The position numbers and the translations under genes were made by a program. The notes under the pieces are model-generated. The model worked only from the letters and a program-made list of their open reading frames with translations. It made no database searches and was not told the origin of the DNA. From Carcharhinus amblyrhynchos (lineage: Eukaryota): 64,000 nt of DNA. Where the stretch lies: assembly GCA_965287045.1 (NCBI GenBank), contig OZ336878.1, positions 36,642,001-36,706,000 on the forward strand, in the 5' to 3' direction. Positions 40,431 through 52,679 of this stretch are shown piece by piece. Positions within the stretch are counted from its first letter, which is position 1, and each line of letters starts with the position of its first letter.

Positions 40431-41074
40431 AATAAAGAACAGAAAGAAAGAGGAGGAGGAGGAGGAGGAGGAGTAGTATTTTTGATGAGGGAGAACATTG
40501 TAGCAGTACTGACAGGGGATATATTCAAGGGTTTGCCCAGAGTCTATATTAATAGAACTGAAAAATAAGGGAGAGATCACTTCGATAGGATTGTACTACA
40601 GGGCCCCCAAATAGTCAGCTGGAAATTGAGGAACAATTAGGTAAAGAAATTACAGATAACTCCAAGAAAAATAGGGTAGTAACAGTAGGGGACTTTAACT
40701 TTTTCCAACATTGACTGGGACAAACATAGTATTAGGGGCTCGGATACAGACAAATTTGTTAAGTGTATTCAGGAGGAATTTTCATTCGGCAGTGGATGAC
40801 CCAACCAGAGATGGCCCAACTAGTGAGGGGACAAAACTTGACCTCCTCTTGGGAAATAAGAAAGGGCATGTGACAAAAGTGTTTTGAGGCATCATTTTGG
40901 GACTAGTGACCATAACCGGATGAAATGTACCCCAGGACATTGTCAGAGGCTAAGGAGGAAATTGTGGATCCCCTAGCAGAGATATTTGAATCACTGACAA
41001 CCACAGGTGAACTGCCTGAAGATAGGAGGGTAGCAAATGTTGTGCCTTTGTTTAAGACGGGCTGCAGGAAAAAG

Positions 41075-44000
41075 GATTGAATGTCTTGTTAAGAGGAAAA
41101 AGGAAGCGTATGTAAGGATGAAAAAACAAGGTTCAGTTGGGTTGCTTGAGGGTTACAAGGTAGCTAGGAATGAGTTAAAAAGAGCTTAGGAGAGCTAGGA
41201 GGGGGCATGAGAAGTTCTTGGCGGGTCGGATAAAGGAAAACGCCAAGGCTTTTTGCTCTTACGCGAGAAACAAAAGAATGACCAGGGTGAGGTTAGGGCC
41301 AGTCAAGGATAGTAGTGGGAACTTGTGCATGGAGTCAGAGAAATAGGAGAGGTGTTGAATGAATACTTCTCTTCTGTATTCACTAAGGAGACGGGCCATG
41401 TTTTTGAGGATGAGGTAGATGTTCTGAGGGAAGATGTATTAGCAATTTTGAAAAACCTGAGGGTTGATAAGTCTCCTGGGCCAGATGGGATACATCCTAG
41501 AATACTTTGGGAGGCAAGGATGAGACTGCGGAGCTTTTAGTTTTCATCTTTGCATCCTCACTGTCCACAGGGATTGTGCAAGAGGACTGGAGAGTAGTGA
41601 ATGTTGTTCCTCTCTTCAAGAAAGGAAATAGGAATGATCATGGTAATTATAGGCCAGCTAGTCTTACTTCGGTGGTCGGCAAGTTAATGAAAAGGGTCCT
41701 GAAAGATAGGATTCATGACCATTTGAAAAGATGCAGCTTAATTCGGGATAGTCATCACAGTTTCGTGAGGGGTAAGACCTGCCTCACAAATTTGATTGAA
41801 TTCTTTGAGGAGGTAGCTAAGCGTGTAGACAAAGGTAGAGCACTTGATTTCATATACTTGGATTTTAGTAAGGCATTTGATAAAGTTCCCCATGGTAGGC
41901 TCATGAAGGAAGTAAGGAGGTGTGGGAAAGAAGGAAATTTGGCCGATTAGAAAGTAACTGGCTGTCTCAGAGAGGGTGGTGGTGGAGGGAAAATTTTCAG
42001 ACTGGAGGCCAGTTATCAGCAGTGAACCAGAGGGATCAGTGCTGGGTCCTCTGCTATTTGTGATTTTTATCACCAACTTGGAAGAGGGGGCTGAAGGGTG
42101 GGTTAGTAAATTTGCTGATGACATCAAGATTGGTGGAGTAATGGATGAGGTGGAGGGCTCTTTTGTTTCTGTCTTCACGGAGGAGGACGTGAATAATTTG
42201 CCGGGTGTTAGCGATGGAAAGGTGGTAGGACTGGAGGGTCTTAATGACATTACTGTTACTAGAGAGGTGGTGCGCAACAGACTGGAGGGGCTGATTGTGG
42301 ACAAGTCCCCAGGACCGGATGGAATGCATCCGAGGGTTCTGAAAGAAATGGCGGAGGTGATAGTGGATGCCTTGGTGGTTATTTTCCAGACGTCGCTGGA
42401 TTCCGGGGAAGTGCCGGAGGATTGGAAAACGGCTAATGTTACGCCGTTGTTTAAGAAGGGTGCCAGGCAAAAGGCGGGGAATTACAGGCCGGTTAGTTTA
42501 ACGTCTGTGGTAGGTAAAATGTTAGAATCCGTCATTAAGGAGGAAATTGCGAGGCATCTTGAAGGGAATTGCTTGATAGGGCAGACGCAACACGGTTTCA
42601 TTAAAGGGAAGTCGTGTCTGACAAATTTACTGGAGTTCTATGAGGATGTGTCTAGGGCGGTGGATAGAGGAGAGCCGGTGGATGTGGTCTTTCTGGATTT
42701 TCAGAAGGCGTTTGATAAGGTACCTCACAAGAGGTTACTGCAGAAGGTCAGAGGACATGGAGTTGGGGGTAGGGTGTTAGCGTGGATAGAGGATTGGTTG
42801 TCAAATAGGAGGCAGAGAGTGGGGGTCAATGGGTGCTATTCAGATTGGCGGTTGGTGACTAGTGGGGTGCCCCAGGGGTCGGTGCTGGGGCCTCAGCTAT
42901 TTACCATTTATATAGATGATCTGGAGGAGGGAACCGAGTGTAGGGTGTCGAAATTTGCTGATGACACCAAGATTGGGGGAAAGGCAAATTGTGCGGAGGG
43001 TGTGGAGAGTCTGCAGAAGGATCTAGATAGGCTGGGCGAATGGGCCAGGAAATGGCAAATGGAATTTAATGTTGGCAAGTGTGAGGTGGTCCACTTTGGT
43101 AGGAAGAATGGTAGGAAGGACTATTACTTACGTGGCGAAAAACTGCAGCAGGCGACGGTGCAGAGGGACCTCGGGGTCCTTGTGCATGAGTCGCAAAAAC
43201 CCAGCCTGCAGGTGCAGCAGGTGGTCAGGAAGGCGAATGGGATGCTGGCCTTCATAGCGAGGGGGATTGAATATAAAAGTAGGGAGGTCTTGCTGCAGCT
43301 GTATAGGGCACTGGTGAGGCCGCAGCTGGAGTACTGTGTGCAGTTTTGGGCGCCGCACCTGCGCAAGGATATTTTGGCCTTGGAGGGAGTGCAGAGGAGG
43401 TTTACTAGGCTGATACCGGAGTTGAGGGGGTTGAGCTATGAGGAGAGGCTGAATAAACTAGGCTTGTACTCGTTAGAGTTTAGAAGAATGAGGGGAGATC
43501 TCATTGAGACGTATAAGATGATGAATGGGATGGATAGGATAGAGGTGGAAAGACTCTTCCCGCTCAAAAAAGACAGTAGGACTAGGGGGCACAGCCTCAA
43601 GATAAAGGGGGGGCGGTTCAGAACGGAGTTGAGGAGGAACTTCTTCACTCAAAGGGTGGTGAATCTCTGGAATTCTCTGCCCGTTGAAGTGGTGGAGGCT
43701 GCCTCGCTAAATATTTTTAAGAAGCGGGTTGATGGGTTTTTGATAAGAGAGGGGATTAAGGGTTATGGGGAGAGGGCGGGAAAGTGGAACTGAGCCACGA
43801 CAGATCAGCCATGATCTTATTGAATGGCGGGGCAGGCTCGAAGGGCCAGATGGCCTACTCCTGCTCCTATTTCTTATGTTCTTATGTTCTTATGTTCTCT
43901 TGTAGGCTGCAAAGAGACATCTATAGGATGCAGAGCTGGGCAGAAAGTGGCAGATGGAGTTTAACTCTGATAACTGTGAGGTGATTCATTCTGGTAGGAC

Positions 44001-44734
44001 AAACTTGAACGCGGATTACAGGGTCAAAGACAGGGTTCTGAAGAATGTCGAGTCACAGAAAGATCTTGGGGTTCATATCCACAGATCTCTAAAGGTCGCC
44101 ACTCAAGTGGATAGAGCCTTGAAGAAGGCCCATAGTGTGTTAGCGTTTATTAACAGAGGGTTTGCATTTAAGAGCCGTAGGGTTATGCTGCAACTATACA
44201 GGACCTTGGTGAGACCACATTTGGAATATTGTGTGCAGTTCTGGTCACCTCACTATAAGAAGGATGTGGAAGCATTGGAGCGAGTGCAGAGGAGACTTAC
44301 CAGGATGCTGCCTGGTTTGGAGGGTAGGTCTTGAGGAAAGTTGGGCTTTTCTCTTTAGAGCGGAGGAGGATGAGAGGCAACTTAATAGAGGTTTATAAGA
44401 TGATGAGGGGGATAGATAGAGTGGACATGCAGAGATTATTTCCTTGGTGGATGTAGCTATTACAAGGGGGCATAACTTTAAGGTTCATAGTGGGAGATAT
44501 AGAAGGGATGGCTGAGGTAGATTCTTTATCCGGAGAGTGATTGGGGTGTGGAATGCACTGCCTGCTGTGATAATGGAGTCAGACACTTTAAGAACTTTCA
44601 AGCGGTTATGGGATATGCACATGGAGCACACCAGAACGATAGGGAGTGCAATAGCTTGATCTTGGGTTTGGACACAGCTCGGCACAACATCGAGGGCCAA
44701 AGGGCCTGTACTGCGCTGTACTGCTCTATGTTCT
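41075..44734 (+). mobile_element. Nested CR1 ORF2 fragment, itself interrupted by the young copy
   Basis: RT peptides 41325-42162 resume at 43897; tail ctatgttct at about 44730; the host sequence rejoins across a short AAG duplication. Confidence 0.85.
42163..43896 (+). mobile_element. Young 5'-truncated CR1 copy with an intact RT frame
   Basis: Uninterrupted RT ORF to 43793, (TTCTTATG)n tail, CTCTT duplication at 42158-42162 / 43897-43901. Confidence 0.9.
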
Positions 44735-47512
44735 AAGCCTGGGAACTGCAAACCGGTGAGCCTAATGTCTGTAGTGGGTAAGTTGTTAGACAGTATTCTG
44801 AGAAACAGGATCTACAGGCATTTATAGAATCCTACAGTGCAGGAGGCGGCCATTCGGCTCATCAAGTCTGCACCGACCACAACTCCACCCAGGCCCTATC
44901 CCCATAACGCCATGCATTTACCCTAGTTAGCCCCCCTGACACTAAGGGGCAATTCAGCATGGCCAATCCACTTAAGCTGCACATCTTTGTACCAGAGAGG
45001 ACTTCAAAGAGGCAAGGACTGATTAGGGACAGTCAGCATGGCTGTAAGAGTGGAAAATCATGTCTCAAGAATTTGATTGAATTTCTTGAAGGGGTAACCA
45101 AGAAGGTAGCTGAGGGCAGCGCGGTCAGCATTGTCTTCATGGCCATTAGCATGCCTCTGACAAGGTACTGTATGGTAGGTTGTTGCACAAGGTTAAATCT
45201 CTCAGAATTTGGGTTGAGGTAGCCAATCGGATACAAAATTGGCTTGATAACAGAAGAAAGAGGGTGGTTATAAGGGGCTGTTTTTCAAACTGGAAGTCTG
45301 TGACCAGTGGTGTGCTTTAGGGATCAGTACTGGGTCCAATGTTATTTGTTATTCATATTAATGATTTGGATGAGAATTTAGGAGGTTAGTAAGTTGGCAG
45401 ATGACACCAAGATTGGTGGCATAGTGGACAATGAAGAAGGTCATCTAAGATCATCTTTTTCTCCGTCATCTTTTTCCCCACAATTTGGTAATCTATAATA
45501 CACCCTTATTAATTTACCAATCCCTTTATTTTTAAAATTTTACTTCCAATCATATTTACTCTTCCTGTACATCTTGTTTACATTAATTCTCTCTGCAGCA
45601 ACTAATCACATTACCATATTGCCACTCCACTTCCTTTCTTATAAATTTTTGGCCACTTCCTAAATGTATTCTGCCCCAAATTGTTCTCTCCATTCTTGTC
45701 CAAGATGCAACAAAATTTTTCTCCAGACTATTTAATCTAGACCTTCCTGCAATACAACTGCTCACAGTTCACATCCCATATATTGCAATACATGGTGTTT
45801 TAACCTTTGATTTGCTTGGTCTTTGTCCAAGCAATCTCTCGCTTCACTTCAGCTGTGTTCATGTTTATAATTAGTCCACTCAATGTTATGCCTCTAGCCA
45901 TATTTCCATCACTAAATTGTTTATTGAGTGAAAATTCATTGATTTTACTCTATTTTTAGTGGATCCTGGTTGTTTTTAACATCACACCCCTTACTGCTAG
46001 CTTAAATAGGCATCACTGCAAATTATGCAATAAGGATAATCAACAAAAAAAAAACAAATTAATTAAAATACCAAAATAAAACAAAAGTTAAGAATGGCAA
46101 AGATCAAGGAAATGAGAAAAAGTAAATTATAAAGTAGAATAGACCACAGTGAAATAAATCTAATAGTATAGTCACATGGGTTTGCAGTAATGATACAAAA
46201 ATGGCTTGAATCCAGAGTCAGGACCTGATCTTAAATAGATAGCCTTGCTTGGCCTTCAGAATTTGTTCGGCCTTGACAGCCAATTTATACTCCATGCAAA
46301 AGCGAGGGAGCAAAACTGCTTTTCGGCAAAAGGTAATTCTTAATGTGAATGAACGGTAAAGTGGCACTTCTCTTACATTTTCTCCACGAAGTATTTTGAG
46401 CAAGCTGAAATACAGTCTACTTTTAACAATCAAGGCGATCAGTACCTTGTAATGCTATAAGTACAATAGATAATAATCGCTCAAAAAATGTACCAATCAA
46501 AAACTCAATATAAAAGACACTTGATCATTGTTCAAAAATTACAAAAATGTATTATGCTTATTTAAGCGTCCAGATTTTTTTTAAAATCAGTCTGATACTA
46601 CCTTCAAAACATCTACCAGTACTTTATTCAACCTCCCTCCCTACCAGAATTATTCAGGACATTAAAAATAAAAGCAGATCACGAGGCCAGGAGCTACAAT
46701 TTCACATCCTTCTGTATCCTTTTACAATTTGAACCAAATAAGCATTCCAGTGTTGCTAACATGAACACGACGATCATAATCATTAGTGGCCTGTTTCTAT
46801 TCACCCTTCGCCTGTCAGACCGCTGTTGCCGAGTATTGAATGGCATATTTACACAAATTCAGCAGTGGTACAAAATGGTTTTAGCTTCACATCAATGTTA
46901 CATTTAGAGTGTGAAAGCAGTTTAAAACGTAGCAATATATTTGGTCAAAGGCTGACCGTTGCGTAAGACTGATAAGTATACTAATAGCCACATCCAAACA
47001 CAATGCTGGAAGAAGCATAAATCGCTGAAAATACAACAAAATTAATCTTTAATTTGTAATAATTTACTTCAATCCGGAATAAATATTTCATAGTTAAGTG
47101 CAGTCATTACGATTTCATTTCCGTATTGAATTATAAAAGCAAAAACAGATGCAAATTTGGAGATATACAAACATACATGCAATTATTGTGATGGGCATTG
47201 CAAAATGGTTCTAATATTGGACCAATGGAGATTAAAATAACAATTCGCCATGGCAGCCGTCCTTAAACCATTATTTTTTGCAGAAATAATATCGTCCCTG
47301 ACAAAAAAAGTCTTCGAATCTCTGCAAAAGGTGGCCCAACCGCCTCAACACATCGATTAATAAAGACAGACAGAAGCCTGGTGAGTAAGCCTGGCCAAGC
47401 CGGACTCGGAGCTGGTTGCGCCTGGAAGGGGCGGGGAGGGGGGACTGCAGGCTTCACGAATAAAAACAACCGTCAACAATCCGTTAAATTTAAAACAACA
47501 CAACATTCCTAC

Positions 47513-47515
47513 CAT
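47513..47515 (-). CDS. ZYG11B: ZYG11B coding exon 1 (start codon only)
   Basis: Minus strand reads gtcaccATG|GTAGGA (good Kozak context, then a GT donor) inside the CpG-rich promoter. It joins in phase 0 to exon 2 (EDFSPLSL), matching the human M|EEASPYSL junction. Confidence 0.7.
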
Positions 47516-48142
47516 GGTGACGGCCGCGAGCCTAGCGGAGCCTCAGAGGGACTGAAAACACCAACATGACGGAGGGGGGGCGAACCCACGGTCCGACAAA
47601 AGATCTGATCCACACAAGGTCGTCGAGCCCCTTACTAAAGCACACTCTTTCGCATCGTCATTGCCGGCGATATTTTTTAAAAATAAAAGTTTGCCACCCA
47701 AACAGTAGGAGTTTAATGTTTATTCTGTTGGGATATCTGCTCTGCAAGGAACCCTGACACTAGCCGGAAACACTCCCAGAGGCCGGGGGGTGGGAACATA
47801 GGGACAATTAACCCCGCCCTGACCTTCCCTTCCTCCAAACCCATTGGCTGCAGCCAGTGCGCAGATTCCCCGGCCTTTGCAGCTATTGGTGTGTATAACT
47901 GTCAATCAGAACTACATCGTCGCTATTGGCTGTCTCCCCTGCTTGGCCGGTCCGGGGGGCGGGGTTGGGTGAGGGGACGCGCGGAAGGACAGCTTCAGAG
48001 GCGGCGGCGAACGAGGCAGTTGAGAGCGGCTTAGGCTTTGGTGACCTTGGAGTTAGGCGTAGAGGCTGTGCTGAAATCGTATCGCGATCTCCCCTTCCCG
48101 CCCACCGCCACCCCACCCGCTGGCTGTCAATGATTGAACGTG
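47516..48142. promoter_or_regulatory. Bidirectional CpG-rich promoter and 5' UTRs shared by ZYG11B and COA7
   Basis: 627 bp between divergent start codons; CCAAT boxes (ATTGG at 47843, 47885, 47925), GC boxes (about 47811-47819 and 47956-47964), TGATTGACAG on the minus strand at 47899-47908, TCGCGA at 48082-48087. Confidence 0.8.
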
Positions 48143-48248
48143 ATGGCCGGGCTGATCAATTTCCAGGATGAGGCAGAAGTGAGAGAGTTTCTGGACAATC
48201 TAGGGATCGAGTACAGTTACCAGTGTCACAAAGAGAAAGATCCGGAAG
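48143..48248 (+). CDS. COA7: COA7 (cytochrome c oxidase assembly factor 7 / SELRC1) exon 1, 106 nt coding
   Basis: ATG in strong context (gtgATGG); [35 protein letters not shown](G), homologous to human MAGMVDFQDEEQVKSFLENM; G|gtagtg donor. Confidence 0.93.
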
Positions 48249-48321
48249 GTAGTGAAATCAACCACTGGGGGAGGAGGTCAGGGTGAGAGGCGGTCGATTT
48301 AAAACTGAGATGAGGGTGGTA

Positions 48322-49526
48322 AAAAGGGCTAAGGAGTAAGGAGAGCTTTCATGGAGTTGGTGGCAGGCACAAAAAGTTTCCCCCAGTTTTCCATACTTTG
48401 ACAAGTGCTGGAAATACTCAGCAGGTCTGGCAACATCTGTGGTGTGAGAAACAGATTTCTCATTCTGACTTTACAGAGGGTGGTGAGTTTTGGAACTCGC
48501 TGCCCCATAGCACGGTGAAGTCTGAATCGTTTCAGAAGAATGTATTTCTAAAATTTTAAAAAAGGGATATGGGGAGCTGGTAAGCAGGTGGTTTTCAGAC
48601 CAGCTATGATCTGATTGAATGGAGAACTGAATTTGCCTACTTTTGGTCCTCATTCAAGTGTTCCTCAGATACTCTGTCAGAAAGTTGGTGCAGACTTGAT
48701 GGGCTGAATGACCTCCTGCACTGTAGGGAATCTATGGTTCTATGAAATCAACAGCTTGTTTTTCAAAAAAAATCCTCAGTCGGCACAGTTTTGGGCGCCG
48801 CACCTGCACAAAGATATTTTGGCCTTGGAGGGAGTGCAGAGGAGGTTTACTAGGCTGATACCGGAGTTGAGGGGGTTGAGCTATGAGGAGAGGCTGAATA
48901 AACTGGGCTTGTACTCGTTAGAGTTTCGAAGAATGAGGGGAGATCTCATTGAGACGTATAAGATGATGAATGGGATGGATAGGATAGAGGTGGAGAGACT
49001 CTTCCTGCTCAAAAAAGACAGTAGGACTAGGGGGCACAGCCTCAAGATAAAAGGGGGGCGGTTTAGAACGGAGTTGAGGAGGAACTTCTTCACTCAAAGG
49101 GTGGTGAATCTCTGGAATTCTCTGCCCATTGAAGTGGTGGAGGCTGCCTCGCTAAACATTTTTAAGACGCGGATTGATGGGTTTTTGATAAGAGAGGGGA
49201 TTAAGGGTTATGGGGAGAGGGCGGGAAAGTGGAACTGAGCCGCGACAGATCAGCCATGATCTTATTGAATGGCGGGGCAGGCTCGAAGGGCTAGTTGGCC
49301 TACTCCTGCTCCTATTTCTTATGTTCTAATAGAGATCTGATCTATTTGATAATACGTAAGATTACGTAAAGGCAGAATTACACTGAGAAATCTGTTTCTC
49401 ACATACCACAGATGTTGCCAGACTTGCTGAGTATTTCCAGCGCTTGTCAAATTATGTAACACTGGAGGAAGCTTTTCATACCTGCCACCAATTCTATGAA
49501 AACTCTTTCTTACTACTTAGCCCTTT
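48322..49526. repeat. Long imperfect inverted repeat (arms 48322-48474 and 49366-49526)
   Basis: The arms are reverse complements over about 155 bp. Confidence 0.85.
48786..49327 (+). mobile_element. Young CR1 3' fragment (COA7 intron 1)
   Basis: Nearly identical to the 3' part of the 42163-43896 copy. Confidence 0.9.
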
Positions 49527-50000
49527 CAAATATACATCTAATTCTCTTTTGCCAGTTGTAACTGATTGAAGAAACCATAAAATATAGGAGCAGAATTAGG
49601 TCATTTGGCCCATGTCTGCTCCACCATTCAATCCATGGCTGATAAGTTTCTCAACCCCATTCTCCTGCCTTTTACCTTTAATCCCCTTACCAACCAAGAA
49701 CATGTCTATCTCTGTTTTAAATATACTCAATGACCCAGCCTTCTGTGACAATGAATTCCATAGATTCACTGCCCTCTGGCTGAAAAAACTGAAGATTTGT
49801 ATGTGTCCATTTCCTGTAAACTCTTTATAGATAAGGACATCATATAAAATGATATATAAATGCCATTCTTGGCAAGAGGCTTTAATTACAGGATGTTAAA
49901 TTCATATAAGCAATTTTCATTATGAATGTGGACAAGGAAATTAATGTTGGAAAATATAAAAATTACATTATTCTATCTCTTCATCCAAGTCATCAATATA

Positions 50001-50520
50001 GATATTTTGGCCTTGGAGGGAGTGCAGAGGAGGTTTACTAGGATGATGCCGGAGTTGAGGGGGTTGAGCTATGAGGAGAGGCTGAATAAATTAGGCTTGT
50101 ACTCGTTAGAGTTTAGAAGAATGAGGGGAGATCTCATTGAGACGTATAAGATGATGAATGGGATGGATAGGATAGAGGTGGAGAGACTCTTCCCGCTCAG
50201 AAAGGACAGTAGGACTAGGGGGCACAGCCTCAAGATAAAGGGGGGGCGGTTTAGAACGGAGTTGAGGAGGAACTTCTTCACTCAAAGGGTGGTGAATCTC
50301 TGGAATTCTCTGCCCGTTGAAGTGGTGGAGGCTACCTCGCTAAATATTTTTAAGATGCGGGTTGATGGGTTTTTGATAAGAGAGGGGATTAAGGGTTATG
50401 GGGCGAGGGCGGGAATGTGGAACTGAGCCACAACAGCTCAGCCATGATCTTATTGAATGGCGGGGCAGGCTCGAAGGGCTAGTTGGCCTACTCCTGCTCC
50501 TATTTCTTATGTTCTTATGT
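50001..50520 (+). mobile_element. Young CR1 3' fragment inserted into an older minus-strand CR1
   Basis: Same subfamily sequence and tail. Confidence 0.9.
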
Positions 50521-52165
50521 AGATTGTAAATAGCTAGGATCCCAGCTCTGATCATTGGGGCATTTCACTATTCACTGCCTGCCAATTTGAAAAAGTCCAG
50601 CTTATGCTCACTCTCTGTTTTCTATCTGTTAACTAATCCTCTACCTATGCTAATATATTACTCCCAATTCCACGAGCCCTTACCTTGCTTAGTAAGCTTT
50701 TGTGTGGCACCTTATGAGGTGCCTATTCGCTATCCAGGAAACCATCTATTGGTGTATCTATCCTTCTAGTTACATCCTCAAAAAACTCTATTAAATTTGT
50801 CAAATGGGATTTCCCTTTAGTACAACCATGTTGACTTGTTCTAATCACATAGTGTTGCTGTACTGTTCTGTGTTCTTTATGTACATTGTTAAGGCTTTCC
50901 AAATAATAGATTCCAGCATTTTCCCACCAACTTGTTAGGCTAAGAAGCCTATGGTTTTCTATCTCCCTCTTAACTTGAAAAACTGTGTAACATTTGCCAA
51001 CTTTCAATCTAGTGGGACTGAAGCTAAGACCTGAAATTTTTGTTTGGTAGGGTCTCGCTGCCTTTGAGTCAATAGGAAACACATCCCTGTAAACTCCCAA
51101 GTACCCTGCAGCCATTTCACACTTGGATGAGATGAGGCCAGCAATCATTAAGGGGGCGGGGCGGTTCTCGACCTCAGAAGGAGGCTTCCAATGAAGGCAC
51201 ACCACTACCACCCCCCACCCCCACCTTTTCTGTCCAAGGAGTAACTTCTGATTTTCAGACTTCCCCATGCAAGTTTAATGCTCCTGCCAGCCCAAACATT
51301 GAGACTGGGCAGGAAACAGCCCAGCTGTTAAGTGGCCATTAAATGGGGCAACAGTAGACCCCCTGAGGCCTTGCCCATCCAAACATAAATTGCTGCGTGG
51401 TTGAGGCAGGCGGGAACCCGGAGGGAACCCCATTCATGCAATTTCATACCCCATCGCAGCCAATGAATTTTGGAAAATTGCAATTATGCTCCAGACTACC
51501 AGCAAGTAACATGAAGGGAGATATGCTAAGATACAAAAAAAGCATAAATTTATCAGATCAGCTGTTTTAAATCAGATGATGTAATATTTTTGACACTACT
51601 AGACATCAGTGGTATTGAAAATATATCCTCTGCGGGCAGGGGGGTATCCAGAACAAGATGATGCAATTGTGGGCCAAGATTTGAGCTGAGCCATTTAGGA
51701 CTCCAATTACTTTTTCACACGGAGTGTAGTGGAAACCTGAAACTTGCTCCCTCAAAAGGCTGTGGATAATGGCTTAGAATTGAAATTCCGAAGACTGAGA
51801 TTGATAGAGTTTGTGTGTTGGTTAAAAGTATTGTGTGATAGAGAACAAAGACAGGTAAATTGTGTTGAGGTACAGATCAGTCAGGATTAATTAAATGAGC
51901 AAGAACAAGCAGAAGAGGTTGTTTGGTCTACTCCCGTTCTTATGCCCATTGGCTCTGCTTTCCCATAGTTTTACAACAAACGAAATAAACCTACATTGAA
52001 TATCAGCATATTGTTGCATCAGATTACAATTTTTTCTTTGAATTGTTAGTAATTGATTGTCAGAGATGAGTATACAGTGTGGTTATATATTTTTTTCAAA
52101 CTATCAAAGCTAAATAATCTTCTTGTTCAGGTACTTTATAAAATTTAATATTTGACTTTTACCAG

Positions 52166-52306
52166 GGTGCCAACGACTTGCTGACTATTTGGAAGGAATT
52201 AAAAAAAATTATGAAGCAACTGCTCAAGTATTGAAACATAATTGCGAGGAAAACCAACATGGAGAAAGCTGCTATAAGCTTGGTTCTTACTATATGATTG
52301 GAAAAG
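52166..52306 (+). CDS. COA7: COA7 exon 2, 141 nt
   Basis: (G)[46 protein letters not shown](G); ttttaccag acceptor, gtgcag donor. Confidence 0.94.
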
Positions 52307-52679
52307 GTGCAGTATATCTTTCTTTGCCTTTTTTTCAATCTCTTCTCAGTTATACTGCTTGCTTGCATCAACATTGTTAACAGATCATGGACTGTAGATG
52401 AAGTTTGTTATGATACAGAGGGCTGGTGGTATATATACATATATTGATATTCAATCATTAGAAATCAATACATTTCGATGGTTCCACAATACTGAGTTTT
52501 CTTTTAATAAAGAAAATGAAAGGCTTGCTACACTGGAAATTTGTTGTTCAGCTTTTGAAGACAGACTTTGCCTTTGGTAATAAAATTGCCAATTATGTAA
52601 GACTACAAAGATGTCCTTTATATTTGACCTCAAACTGCACTAATGCTGTAAAACTAAACATCAGTTATTATTCCAACAA

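Larger units (their letters stand above)
37596..45450 (+). mobile_element. Decayed CR1 (ORF1 esterase + ORF2 remnants) hosting several nested insertions
   Basis: GGSIVRGIDRRFC ORF1 remnant at about 38000; DGLHL at about 38410; EN and RT remnants continue across the nested elements. Confidence 0.8.

Noticed and set aside
41976-43793. 605-aa RT ORF as a domesticated gene
   Set aside because: It is a chance in-frame fusion of a young 5'-truncated CR1 with its host LINE; it starts at GTG and has no promoter.
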